A stretch of DNA of 64,000 nucleotides from Eledone cirrhosa (lineage: Eukaryota), in the NCBI GenBank assembly GCA_964016885.1, contig OZ024745.1, forward strand, positions 30,008,001 to 30,072,000, written 5' to 3'. The first letter of the stretch is position 1. The number at the start of each line of letters is the position of its first letter. The position numbers and the translations under genes were made by a program. Under the pieces are notes generated by a model. It saw only the letters and a program-made list of their open reading frames with translations. It did no database searches and was not told the DNA's origin. Positions 13,471 through 24,766 of the stretch are shown here, one piece after another.

Positions 13471-13719
13471 ATATAGGGTGGAGAGGACTCTTGAGTCAAG
13501 TAAAACAATCTCACGAGTGCTGGTGGCACGAATAATGCACCCAGTCCACATAAAGTGGTTGGTGATAGGAAGGGCATCCAGCCAAAATTATGACAAGCAC
13601 ATGATTCACACTAATTGCATATGCAGGGCTCATACTAGTCATGTGAGAACCCTTCAACTGCCATCAAGCTTATTGTACAGCCTTTTTCTCTTCCAAGTAC
13701 AAAACTACTCAGAGAACTA

Positions 13720-14630
13720 ACCACTGTCAAGTTAGAAATCTCAGGACTGCCACTCTCAATGTTGGCATCCTGAAGGAAATTGTGGAACTGTTAGAGAGGA
13801 GAGAAATGGATATATGCTGTGTACAAGAGGTGAGATGGAGGGATGCCTCAGTGAGACTACTCAGGAAAACAACATAGATACAAATTTTTCTGGGTAGCTG
13901 GTGTAGGCATTTTACTGTGAGAAAATGGATAGATAAGGTGATAGAGGTATTTAGAATTATCAAGCTGAGAATAGCTGTAGGAAATAGAATGGTGACAATT
14001 ACATCTACCTATGCACCTGTAGGCAGAACTGAGTAAAGGACAGGTTCTATAAGGAACTTTTATAGACAGCCTCAGCTACTGATGAAAAAGACCTTGTGAT
14101 CTTGAAGGTGACTTCAATGGATATGTTGGACAGTACCAGGATTAGTTCACTAGAATTTTGTGATGCAAATGAACTAACCAAATTTCAGGAAACCAGCCAC
14201 CTGACCACACCAATCAGGCAAACATACAAGCCAGATAGATTTCTTGTTTGTAAGACAAGATAGATGGACAGTAATAAATGCTAAGGCCTTTGCTACCCAA
14301 CACAAGCTAGTTATTAGTGACATCAGAATAAACATGAGGGAACAAGATATGCAGGAAAATATGGAGATAGAAGATTTGGAAGCTAAAGGACGTTTCTGTG
14401 AAATATAGGTTTAGAAAGGTTCAATGGGATGGAGGTATGAAAGGAGAGATAAGTTAAATACATATGACAGGACAACTGAAAATGCTTATGTAATAATCTA
14501 TTGTGAACTACTGATGAGACTTGTGGCTAAAGCAAAGTATCAGCCAGGCAGAGGGTGACATGATGTTGGAACAGCTAAGAGATAAGACTGGAAAAATGGG
14601 TGTAGCAGGTAACTAAGGTAACTAAGAGTG
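13720..14630 (+). mobile_element. Degraded RTE LINE APE-endonuclease region
   Basis: LRTATLNVGIL...REMDICCVQEVRW motif with many disablements. Confidence 0.8.
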
Positions 14631-14639
14631 TATCTAGAC

Positions 14640-14829
14640 CAAGTATGTCAAACTGAGGGCCTACATATCATACATGTGTGGTCTGAGGGCCAAACACGAC
14701 AACTAAGTGTGTACATTACAACTAATTTTTTAAAATTTTATATTACGAAGATAAAACATGCTTGCGCTGTAAAGACCTTTGTGTGGGCCACAGGTGTGCC
14801 TGTAAAGGGCTGCATGTTTGACATGCCTG
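14640..14829. mobile_element. hAT/Charlie-type MITE
   Basis: TIRs caagtatgtcaaac/gtttgacatgcctg; 8-bp TSD atctagac/atctaaac. Confidence 0.75.
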
Positions 14830-15694
14830 ATCTAAACAACAAGTATACATAGCTCAGAAAGAGGCCTGGAAATGAATGAATGGGAGGAAGATAGACCATC
14901 CACCTGACCCAACAGAGAGACTAACTATTAAAATTGACACTAAGTACACTGGCATCATTCTGGACACACTTGTCTCCAACAACATCCTGATTTGCACTGG
15001 CACACTGCCTTGCAATGTGGAACACCACACGTCTCTGATCTTCCCGTTGCAGAACATTGGCAAACCTCCTACTCTCAACCTCCCTGCATGCTAAGTATAC
15101 CTAACATCTAGCTTCTCTCTTAGTGGCTGTGTATCCGTCTCTACTCCCACCCTTTTTCCAAGCTTTCCATGCCAGTCTTTTGTCTCTAATGGCCCTATCT
15201 ACCGTGCTGTTCCACCACCAGGTCACTCTCTGTCTGGTTGAAGCTCTGCAGTAGCTTGCAGTAAGTTGTCACGCAAGAAATTCTAGTTATCATCTATGTC
15301 TTGTAGAAGCCATTTTGGCATTTTATATATAAAATGCCAAAATCAGTTTGGTATGAGCAAGACATGGTTACCTGACCTAGCATTGCTCATAACAAGACAA
15401 CTTGTCTAACCAATGCTAACATGGAAAAATGGATGTTAAATGATGTTGATGAATATAATAGGTAGGTATTTAACAATAGTTATCGGCAGTTCGCCAATCA
15501 GGGCACTCAATGTAGTTTGAATGTGTTCTGCAAATATCTGAGGAGTTGTTGATGCAGAGTGGTGTCCTGGTCATCATGATCACATCTTGAGATGATCGAT
15601 ATCAAAACAATTGTCATATGTGAATAAAGTTTGTATATGATGCAACCTTGAAACTTTGTTCCTATGTATATATATATATGATAATGATGATATA

Positions 15695-15841
15695 CAGAGA
15701 AACCTTGGTTCTTGAAGGCTGTTTGTCATCTGAAATGTTCGTAAACTGAAACTATTTTTCCCATACAAAATGTTGAAAGAGAAGTTTTATGTCAGAAAAA
15801 TTGTTCATGATGAGAGTCGTTCGTGAACCGAGGTTCCACTA
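15695..15841. mobile_element. Tc1/mariner (Tigger-like) MITE
   Basis: TIRs cagagaaaccttggttc/gaaccgaggttccact flanked by TA. Confidence 0.65.
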
Positions 15842-15850
15842 TATATATAT

Positions 15851-16680
15851 ACTAGCTGAATCGCCCGAGTTACTGCTGTTATTCAGATTAGTAAACAATA
15901 AATATGAAGATATGATTTTTTTTTTTCTCATAATTATCTACATTTTATAAAAAAAATATTAAAATTGTAATGATAATAGAATTTAGAAATAAAAATCTTT
16001 TAATCTTGAAGCACCTTAGGGTAAACAATATTCATTGTGTAATCCATGTATGTGTATTTAATAATGTACCTAATGAACGTGCAAACACACACACATTCAT
16101 ATACAAAATGTGACATCCTATTGTTTTAATCCAAATGAAAATAATCACTCATACACTCACACACATATACTAACATAGACACACAGACATACATTCACAC
16201 ACACGTGTCTGTCATCACGTGTGTGTGTTTAATTGTCTGTACACACTCATAAAATGTGACGTGGTGGTGGTTTACTATAGTTGACTTAAGAAAATATATT
16301 ATGTCAGTCAACACACATTCACATACATATACTAAGACACATACAAAATATGTCAACACTCACATACACTCACACACATTATATGTATGTATGTGTAGAT
16401 GTGTGTGTGTTTAATTCTCTGAGGCCTAACATAAATAACGAACGCATAAACACACACTCATATACAAAATGTGAGTTGTCGTCATCGTCGTGGTTTACTA
16501 TAGTTGATTAAGAATATTATTTTAGATAAAATCTTACATTGTTTTAATCCAAATGAAAATAAAAATTACGTGTTGACACTCCCAGAGTCAAATACCTTGT
16601 AAAATTTGATTTGATTTGGTCCAGCCGTTAGAGAATGCATAGGAACAGACAGAGACAAAGAATTTTATATGTATATAGAT
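15851..16680 (+). mobile_element. Helentron-associated non-autonomous element (HINE/DINE-1-like)
   Basis: Starts actagctg..cgccc after (TA)n; internal repeats; ends atttggtccagccg...acagacagagac...tatatgtatatagat. Confidence 0.65.
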
Positions 16681-16777
16681 TAATGATAGGTACTCTGATG
16701 ATAGTACCTTTCTATATTGGCATTGACCACTAACTCATTCATCTTCACACTCACTAATACCAAGTGACTGTACTTAC

Positions 16778-16848
16778 CAATTGCATGCTATCAATCTTTC
16801 CTGGTAATTTTATCTCCCTACCTCTTATGGAATCTTGGAATCTAAGTC
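16778..16848 (-). CDS. Exon of unknown minus-strand gene
   Basis: ttccag|(G)LRFQDSIRGREIKLPGKIDSMQL|gtaagt, phase 1 to 0, matching the upstream exon phase. Confidence 0.75.
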
Positions 16849-17449
16849 CTGGAACATATAGGATACATAGACATGATACATAGGATGTAGAATGAGTTGA
16901 CATACATAAATATGAAGTGGTTGGTATTAGGAAGGGCTTCCACCTATAGAAACCATACCACAAAAAAATACACTCAGTAAACCCTGTTAGGTGGTTGGTT
17001 ATTGGAAGTACTTTCAGCTGTAGAAGCCATGATAAAAACGGATGAGGGTACTTTTCAGTTGGGTCAAGCGTACAACAACCTCTTTAGTGCTGGTGCCATG
17101 ATAAAACACACCCACTACACTCTGTAAAGTGGTTGGGGATAGTAAGGGCATCCAGTTATGGAAAACCTGTCAAACAATGGATCAAGACGACTCTTCAGCT
17201 GTGTCGAAGACACGACAACCTCATTAGTGCTGATGCAATGATAAAAATATACCTGGTGCATTCTGTAAAGTGTGGGAACATGTAAGCAAGTTGCAGCCCC
17301 TGGCCCATTTGAGAGGTTAGTGGGTCTGAGTGAGTGCTGACTTGAACTATGACAAACTGTTCAACCCTAGCTCGTAGGGAAAACAAATGTTAAATGATGG
17401 TGATGTTAATGATGATGGTGATGATGTACAATGAAAACTCATTAATTAC

Positions 17450-17495
17450 CTGTTGTTTTAAACACATCTCTAGATTTCTCTATGGTAACTGGTGT
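17450..17495 (-). CDS. Exon of unknown minus-strand gene
   Basis: tttcag|TPVTIEKSRDVFKTT(G)|gtaatt, phase 0 to 1. Confidence 0.75.
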
Positions 17496-18545
17496 CTGAA
17501 ATATAGAGAGGTGGATTGTATAGTGGTGGTTGTGTGAGGTGATGGGGTCAGTGTTATGCTAGTAATGGTAGTGGTGGCGTGGTTGTTAAGGTGGTGGTGG
17601 TAGTGGTGTTCGTGATTTTATTGCAAAATAAATTAATACAACAGCAAATATTCCATGGTCTCCAGTGGAGAAAATGACAAATACATTGTTGTTACATTAT
17701 TTTGGAGGACAGCAAAGGGAGATACACTGAGATAGCCATTCTACATTGTAGATGTTGACCATGTGTTTACAGATGGCCATCTCTGTCCCAATTAGAGTGA
17801 ATACGAAGGAGGTTTAGGTACCCAGGAGAGCAGATATTTTCACTGCTATCTTTATCTTCAACAAGAAGCTAGTCTACCTTGCAGGGCTCCATTCTCACAG
17901 ATGACCATCTCAACCTCAATTGAAGTGACAGGCTGTAGATCGCAAGCTATCAAATTATTCGTTGCTTCTTATGTTTTTTTTTGTAGAACACTTAATGGCA
18001 GAAACATCTAGTTTCACTCTCCACAACCACCTCCCTACTGAAGTAGCCTGGCATATTTTAGACAGGAGAAACATCTAGTGCGCTGCCACCACCGTCCCCC
18101 AATCCCTCTCTCAACCACTTCCCTACTCAAGTAACCTTGTTGAAGAGAGTAAAAACGTCTAGTAGCCCCTCCCTAACCATCTCCCTTACTCCTGTAACCT
18201 GATTTGTTGAAGACACAGTGATGGACATATCTGGTAACTTGGGTCTGGGTCTCTGAACCATATCCCTGTTCAATTCTAATAGGATGGAGTTTGCCTTCTC
18301 CAAGGATGAGCCCATCAAAGTAGATTGGCTTATCCCCCTCATCACCATCATTCCCCCTCCCCATTATTTCATATATTGGGGCCCATGAAACATTTGCATG
18401 ACATACTGTGTTTTACTTTCCTTCTTTTAAATGCTTTCAGTCATTACAATACAGCAATGCTGAGGCAGTGCGTTGATTTAGTCAATTATATCAATCCCCT
18501 GCATTGTTCAAGTCGGATACTTATTTTATTGATCTCTTTTTGCTG

Positions 18546-18584
<39 letters not shown>

Positions 18585-18688
18585 CATACATACAATAGAC
18601 AGTTTCTGTCAACCAAATTCTACTCACAAGGCATTGGTCAATCTGGGGCTATAATTGTTTCTATATTTGGCACAAGGCCAGCAATTAT

Positions 18689-18876
18689 CCCAGTGTAGTT
18701 TTGGTGCTTTATTTTATCAACCCTGTAAGGATGAAAAGCAAAGTTAACCTCGGTGGGATTTGACCTCAGACCATAAAGGGACGTAATTCTTTATGGTCCG
18801 AGTTCAAATCCCGCCGAGGTTAACTTTGCCTTTCATCCTTACGAGGTCGATAAAATAAAGCACCAGTAATACTGGG
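18689..18876. repeat. Fold-back (inverted) duplication of a SINE segment
   Basis: ~85-bp arms (gtgctttattttatc...ccataaag / ctttatgg...gataaaataaagcac) around a ~10-nt loop. Confidence 0.85.
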
Positions 18877-19016
18877 GCTATAATAGTAGATATTTGCTCA
18901 AGGTGCTGCACAGTAAGACTAGACCCAGTACTATGGGTTTGCAACGTGAATGCCTTAATCACACAGCTATACTTGCACTAAATAAGCATTAATTATTGCA
19001 TCAAACATATACTTAC

Positions 19017-20236
19017 AGATATTTTCTTTTTTGAGAAAATTTTCTCACGTTCCATCAAGATCTGCCTGTCTCTGAATGGGTTAAGATTCACCTCACTGTC
19101 ATAGGATGGATACAGCTCCTTGCTATACAATATAAATGATTCCTTTCGTATAGACGTAAAAGATCTTTTAGGAGATGACTTCACCAAATATTTGATCCTT
19201 GGTAATTTTATTTGCTCATCTTGCTCTTTGAGACTCTTTATAGACAAAGATTTCTGTGATGTCTCTCTATATAGCTCATCTCTGAGTGGGGCCACCTCAA
19301 TGTCATCTACATGTTTTAACCTCTCTGTTGCTTTCTTGTGCTTCATGCTGAGTTCATCTTTTCTTAGTTTTCGCCAATCAAATGGAGGGGGTTTTGTCAG
19401 GATTGATGCCTCCTCCACAAATCTTCTAGCTACATCTTTGATAATAGTTGCAGTTTCCTCAGTGATATCATCAGCAGTCTTATCAGCAGCTTCTATTAAA
19501 TAGTCCATAATAGAAGTTTTCATTTTCTTTCCCGTTTGTATTTTGCGTCTCTTCTGCTTCCCTTCTTCAATTTCACTTGAAGATTCTTCATCTTGCTCAT
19601 ATAATTTTTGTATTTCCTTTTCGATTGCTTCTTCCAGTTGACAAATTTCTGGAGCACTTCTCTTCTCTAACAATGTGTTTCGATGCTCCATAAGTACTTG
19701 TTTCCATTCTCCTATTGTGAAATATTTCTCATTTACAAGCTTTTCAAATAACTCTTCTGGCAAGCAACTCTTTAATGCACCTAAAACTAACATCCTTATT
19801 TTGGACTTACAATGTTTCTTTTTCTTTCGATATCTTCTCACCAATTCCTCTTCATCCTTAATATTTAAATTTCCTCCTGTGTCAACTATGAGTTTACTTT
19901 TTTGCTCAGCTCTTAACATATGTCTTTCCCATGCCATTACTCTCTCTTCTGAAGCTGAAATTAAGCGTTCCGATTCCTTGGCCCACACAGTCTCTTCCAG
20001 TGCAGCTCGCTTTCTCTCCTCCTTTGTCATGAATTCGTGGATCCTTCTACGTTCTTTTAGCATCCTCAATTTAATTTCAGTTTTTGCGTCTTTTGTCTTG
20101 ATCAAGTTCCGTAGCTCCAATTCACTTTTCGTGAAGTATTCAAATCCATCATCCATTGGTCCCTGATAAATTTCATCACTAAAAGAACCCTCAGTACTAT
20201 CTTTGGATATCGCCAGTACCTTAGTGTCTGCATATT
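19017..20236 (-). CDS. Large (1220 nt) exon of unknown gene; Glu/Lys/Arg-rich, probable coiled coil
   Basis: ttgcag|(E)YADTKVLAISK... is in frame with the 387-aa ORF MDDGF...KKKIS|gtaagt; no transposon motifs. Confidence 0.85.
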
Positions 20237-20360
20237 CTGCAATTTAAACCAAAGTTTGTAGAAATGTGTTTTAATGTTAATCAACAATAAAAAAACAAAC
20301 GTTTTAAAGCCATTTTAAACTTTGTATATTCCAGTAGAGTTTAGATTATATTAAACATAC

Positions 20361-20408
20361 CTTTGATCATTTTCTTTTTTCTCCTGACTTCTTTTGTTTT
20401 TCTGTGTT
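20361..20408 (-). CDS. Micro-exon (48 nt, phase 1-1) EHRKTKEVRRKKKMIK
   Basis: tttcag acceptor and G|gtatgtttaa donor matching the repeated micro-exon donors. Confidence 0.65.
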
Positions 20409-20568
20409 CTGAAAGTACAGTAGCCAGAGTAAGAATGGGATGGAAAAAATTCAGACAGTTAATACCACTGTTGGCCACAAAAGGTTTCTCTCTAAAAATG
20501 AAAGGCAGATTGTATGATGTTTGTATACGAACAGCAATATTACATGGTAGTGAGACCTGGGCATTGTG

Positions 20569-20872
20569 TGTGGTTAGAAAAAGCTATCTCACTTACCGCT
20601 TTTCACAGGCGCCGCTAAATTCCACTGCAGGGTACTCCTCTTCCACGTGCGTCCAACTGCTTAACACCGGGAGCTGCCCAAAACTCGTGTCCACACCGTG
20701 TGCTGGTCACCACTAGAGAGAGGCCCTCTGCTGGCCCTTCCGGTCGAGCATCCTTCCGGCCAAAAGACCCTTCCGGTCGAGCACTCCCCAGCCTCCGGCC
20801 ACCACACGCCACACACCCTTCCGGTCGAGCACTCCCCCGCCTCCGGCCACCGCACGCCACACCATACCCACA
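20569..20872 (-). repeat. Gypsy 3' LTR
   Basis: About 7 substitutions versus the 5' LTR over ~290 bp by manual count; internal ccttccggtcgagcac repeats. Confidence 0.93.
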
Positions 20873-20885
20873 CGCCCCCCTGATC

Positions 20886-23700
20886 TCAAGGATCAATTTC
20901 CCCCTCGTCCCTCTGCATATGAAAGTCTGCTGTCCAGGTCGGTGGTCTACGACTTCGTTGCGATCTTCGTATTATTGGGGCAGGGCTCTGGGTTTCCACC
21001 TCATCTTGGGTTTCCTCTTCCTCGGAGTCCGTCGACACAGTGATTCTTCTAACATCCTGGACATGACGTGGTACCCCGTCCACGGACACATTGTTCTTTG
21101 AATTTACGGCCGTCACCGTTCCCCTTCCCCATTGAGATGTGCAACGTGCATCTGGGGGCTTAACCCAGACTTCTTCGCCCACCTGCACTCTCTCTCCCCA
21201 CTGGCCGTTGTGGTGGCGTGCACGGGTGCCGCCACTCGTATTTGAATACTGCTCTGTGTGGCACCGATTCCTCGACCTGTCCAACCCGAGGGGACATATT
21301 GTACCAGAACACTACCTCCATTGATGAGATATGGCCCCGCTCCGCCATTGACTTGATCGTCCGGTGGTGTCGCTCCACAATTCCATTCCCGCTCAGCCTG
21401 TCCGCCGCTCTGAAGAAACGGTCCACCTTCCATCCATCGAGCATCTCCCTCAGTGCCTCCGAGCGGAACGCTGCGCTGTTGTCCATCAGCAGTTCGTCCA
21501 CAGGGCCCCGCTCCAAGAACACCTCTCTCAACGTCCGCACGATTTCCTCGGCCGTTCCAGTCCTCATCTCCCTCCATATTGCCATTCGACCTGGTCCACA
21601 GTCGACCATCGAGAGGTACGTTCCCTGCCGGTAGTGCGTCACATCCACCGCTAATCGCTTCCAGTCGTGATCCACTGGGAGGCTTCCCGTTTCGTGTACA
21701 CCCGGGGCGGGATCAATGGACTGACATCGGACGCAGCCTCTAACCACCCCCCAAACACTGTCTGCTAACGTCCGAGTCGATTCTCCTGGCTAGGAACAGG
21801 CTCCTATCCACCCCCATGTGGTGCATGTCATGCAACCCCTTCAGGTCTAACTCGGTCAGCCGACACACGGCAGCTATCTCATCCTCTACCTCCCCCGGCG
21901 CTTCCAGCCAGGCTTTCTTCACTCTAGTTAAGATGTCCACCCTATTTTTCTCTGAGGGCACGAACACTACGCTCAGCTTCAGGTCGAACTCGGTGGCCAG
22001 CTCTCCTAACGTTCCCAGGCGGCGCTTTATCAGCATCTCCGCCGCGCCTCTCGTTCGCACTCTCTTCTCACTGGTGAGCACTGATCTTACCCATCCGAGT
22101 ACAGTAGCCGAGTCGGTGCGTATCTCGATGGTGCGCAGCCCCCACCGCAGGGGTCGGCCACATTGATGTGGCTGCAGTCGTCCTTCTTTCTAAGCCAGGC
22201 TGCATCCTCGACCTCAACACCTATCTCCAACATGACACCCAGCGCTATGCTGCTGGCATCGCACCATACGGTCCCGCTCTGTGATTTGAGAACGTACCAG
22301 CGTCCCCGCACTGGGTTGTCGGCCTTCACCCTCCCCACGATCTCCTGCATCATGGCCACCGTCCTCTCTCCCACTCTGTCACTCCAAGTCACCCCTCCCG
22401 CTCGTCTCTTGACATAGCTGCATGCCGTCCGGAGCCACCCAGCGATCGGGTAGTGACCCACCAGCTTTCCACACACCGAGAAAAGCTCCCGCCTATTCAT
22501 ACTTGGGCCCAGTTCCGGAACTTCGTTTCCCCTCTGGAACACCAAAACGCCCGTCTTATCTCGCCGTAGCCTAAGTCCCAGCGCGGCTCCTCCCTCCAAT
22601 GCTTCTGATGGCTTCGCAGTCAGTCCATACCTCCGCAAATGGCTCGTGCCCTCCGCCGTCGACACCACCGACTCGTCCACTAGGATGTCGTCAATATAGG
22701 AGTTAGTAGCCCTCTTTATCTTGTCGGCCCTCCCCAGAGCGGTCTTGAGGACCGCCGCCATGATCTTCGGTGCGGAGCTCAGCCCGAAACCGAGCCTGGT
22801 CAGGCAATATGTCCGGCCCTTATACCTGACCAGCTGATACCGCCAGAGCTTCTCATCTATATGCAGCTGCAAGTAAGCCGACTTTAGATCCACGATCGCT
22901 GAACTCCCCGTCATGCGTCTCCACTCACGCAGGGTTTCCCCACAGACATCCGTGACCTCGCCACCCGTGTGGCATGACACGTGCTCGTTCAGCTCCCGAT
23001 AGTCCAGCACCGGCCTCACCTTGCTCTTCGTGGGCTGCACCACCGCCATCAACGGCAATACTCCGCACTTCACCTCCTCTTTCCAGGGCAGCAGTATGCC
23101 CTCTTCGATCCATCTCTCTACTTTTCGCTCGAACTCGCTCCTAGCGTTTCCCTTCAATGTGTGTTGATAGCAGCCCACTTTGGTCTTCAGTGTTGGTGGT
23201 TCTCCCTTCCAGTACCACTCAACAACCCATCGCTGCCCATCAAACACGGCCTTGAAGTCTTTGTCCTGTACAGTGTAAGCGGGGTATTGCTCCTCGTGGA
23301 CCTTCTGGTTCTCATGACGTGCACTCACAGCGCATACCGATGCAGCAGCGCCAAACGACACACCGACATTGTTCACCGTGACGCCCCCTAGATGGCCAAT
23401 CACGTCCATGCCCATAACCACGCCGATCCCATCCACCACACTGTCTACCACGATGGCGGAAAGCCTTATCCTCCTTCCCCGTACCGCTATTTCCATCTCG
23501 CTGCGACCTCGGCATTCAATTTTTCTGCCGTCGACTGCTCTTACGCTGCTCTTCCCTCGCCACCTCTGCACCACCCCCGCGGTCACCAGTGTCGTCGTAC
23601 AGCCCGTATCCACGAGAGCTCGCTGTGGCTTCCCCCTCACGAAGACTTCCACCACGGGCAACGCCGCTACTTGTAAGGGGCAACTACCGGCGCAGTAGTT
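20886..23700 (-). pseudogene. Gypsy pol (protease ALVDTGC, RT YIDD, RNase H, integrase) with frameshifts and a deletion
   Basis: ORFs 22087-23661, 21740-22081, 21160-21747 and 20886-21284; deletion after HINVA in RNase H; integrase H-H-C-C and D,D,E motifs (AVDVTH, MDNS, VERHH). Confidence 0.92.
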
Positions 23701-24410
23701 CCCTTTGGATCGTTTCCCTGGTCGCAGTTAGTAGTGATGTGGCCTGGTCGCTTACACCGGTAGCAAATTATCTCCGGCTTCAACTCTCTACAGTCTCTAG
23801 CCATGTGCGGGCCCTGGCACCGAAAACAGCGCCCCCTAAACGCCGAGGTTGCCTCCCTTTCACCATTTCGCTGCCAGGTGTCCTGAGCCTCCGTAGTTGC
23901 TATTGCCGCAACACTCTTTTTGGCATTTTCCGCTATGATCCGGGCTTGTTCCACCAGTGAACGCATTTCCATCTCTTTATAACCCGGGACTTGCTGCAGT
24001 TTCACCGCTATGTCGTCCGGAAGTCCATTGATGAACGCCAACCGCACCGTGCATTCGCATTCCGCCTGGTAACCGGCCAACATAGCCAACCGCCTTATTT
24101 CCGCTGCGAAAATGTCGACGCGCTTACCGTTCCACCTGATTCTCGCCAGCTTAGCAAAAGCTGCCAACTGTCCCTCGGCGAATGCATCCATCAGACGCCT
24201 CTCAATCTTCTGCACATCTCTTTGGCTGTGCTCGTCCAACTCAAGGAAGAGTACCAGCGCGTCGCCCTCGAGGTACAATGCCATGAGGCCGGCCACGTCC
24301 TCTATCTTCTGCAAGCTTGCGACCAGCCGAACCTTCCGCAGCCAAGCGACAACATCACCTTCCCCGGTGAATACCCTGATAGCTTCGTTCACCCGTAGTC
24401 TTGTCGCCAT
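23667..24410 (-). CDS. Gypsy Gag with two zinc knuckles
   Basis: 247-aa ORF containing CFRCQGPHMARDC and CYRCKRPGHITTNC. Confidence 0.92.
   Translation of the reverse strand: MATRLRVNEAIRVFTGEGDVVAWLRKVRLVASLQKIEDVAGLMALYLEGDALVLFLELDEHSQRDVQKIERRLMDAFAEGQLAAFAKLARIRWNGKRVDIFAAEIRRLAMLAGYQAECECTVRLAFINGLPDDIAVKLQQVPGYKEMEMRSLVEQARIIAENAKKSVAAIATTEAQDTWQRNGEREATSAFRGRCFRCQGPHMARDCRELKPEIICYRCKRPGHITTNCDQGNDPKGTTAPVVAPYK
23677..23718 (-). promoter_or_regulatory. -1 programmed ribosomal frameshift signal (gag to pol)
   Basis: G_GGA_AAC in gag frame, 8-nt spacer, hairpin GGGAACTAC...GTAGTT(G)CCC; the -1 frame is open into LPVVEVFV of pol. Confidence 0.85.
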
Positions 24411-24470
24411 CTTCTGATTTGTCTTGCGGCAAGTGTTTTTTTTTTTTTTTTTTTTTTTTTTTCAGTCGAC

Positions 24471-24766
24471 GAAATAGCTATCTCACTTACCGCTTTTCAC
24501 AGGCGCCGCTAAATTCCACTGCAGGGTACTCCTCTTCCACGTGTGTCCAACTGCTTAACACCGGGAGCTGCCCAAAACTCGCGTCCACACCGTGTGCTGG
24601 TCACCACTAGAGAGAGGCCCTCTGCTGGCCCTTCCGGTCGAGCATCCTTCCGGCCAAAAGACCCTTCCGGTCAAGCACTCTCCCGCCTCCGGCCACCGCA
24701 CGCCACACACCCTTCCGGTCGAGCACTTCCCCGCCTCCGGCCACCGCACGCCACACCATACCCACA
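24471..24766 (-). repeat. Gypsy 5' LTR (last ~8 nt absent)
   Basis: Matches the 3' LTR up to gatagct.tttc, then diverges. Confidence 0.9.

Larger units (their letters stand above)
20569..24766 (-). mobile_element. Ty3/Gypsy LTR retrotransposon (4.2 kb, recently inserted, disabled)
   Basis: TGTGG...CCACA termini; TSD TTGTG at 20564-20568 and 24767-24771; gag-PR-RT-RH-IN order; polypurine tract next to the 3' LTR. Confidence 0.96.
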
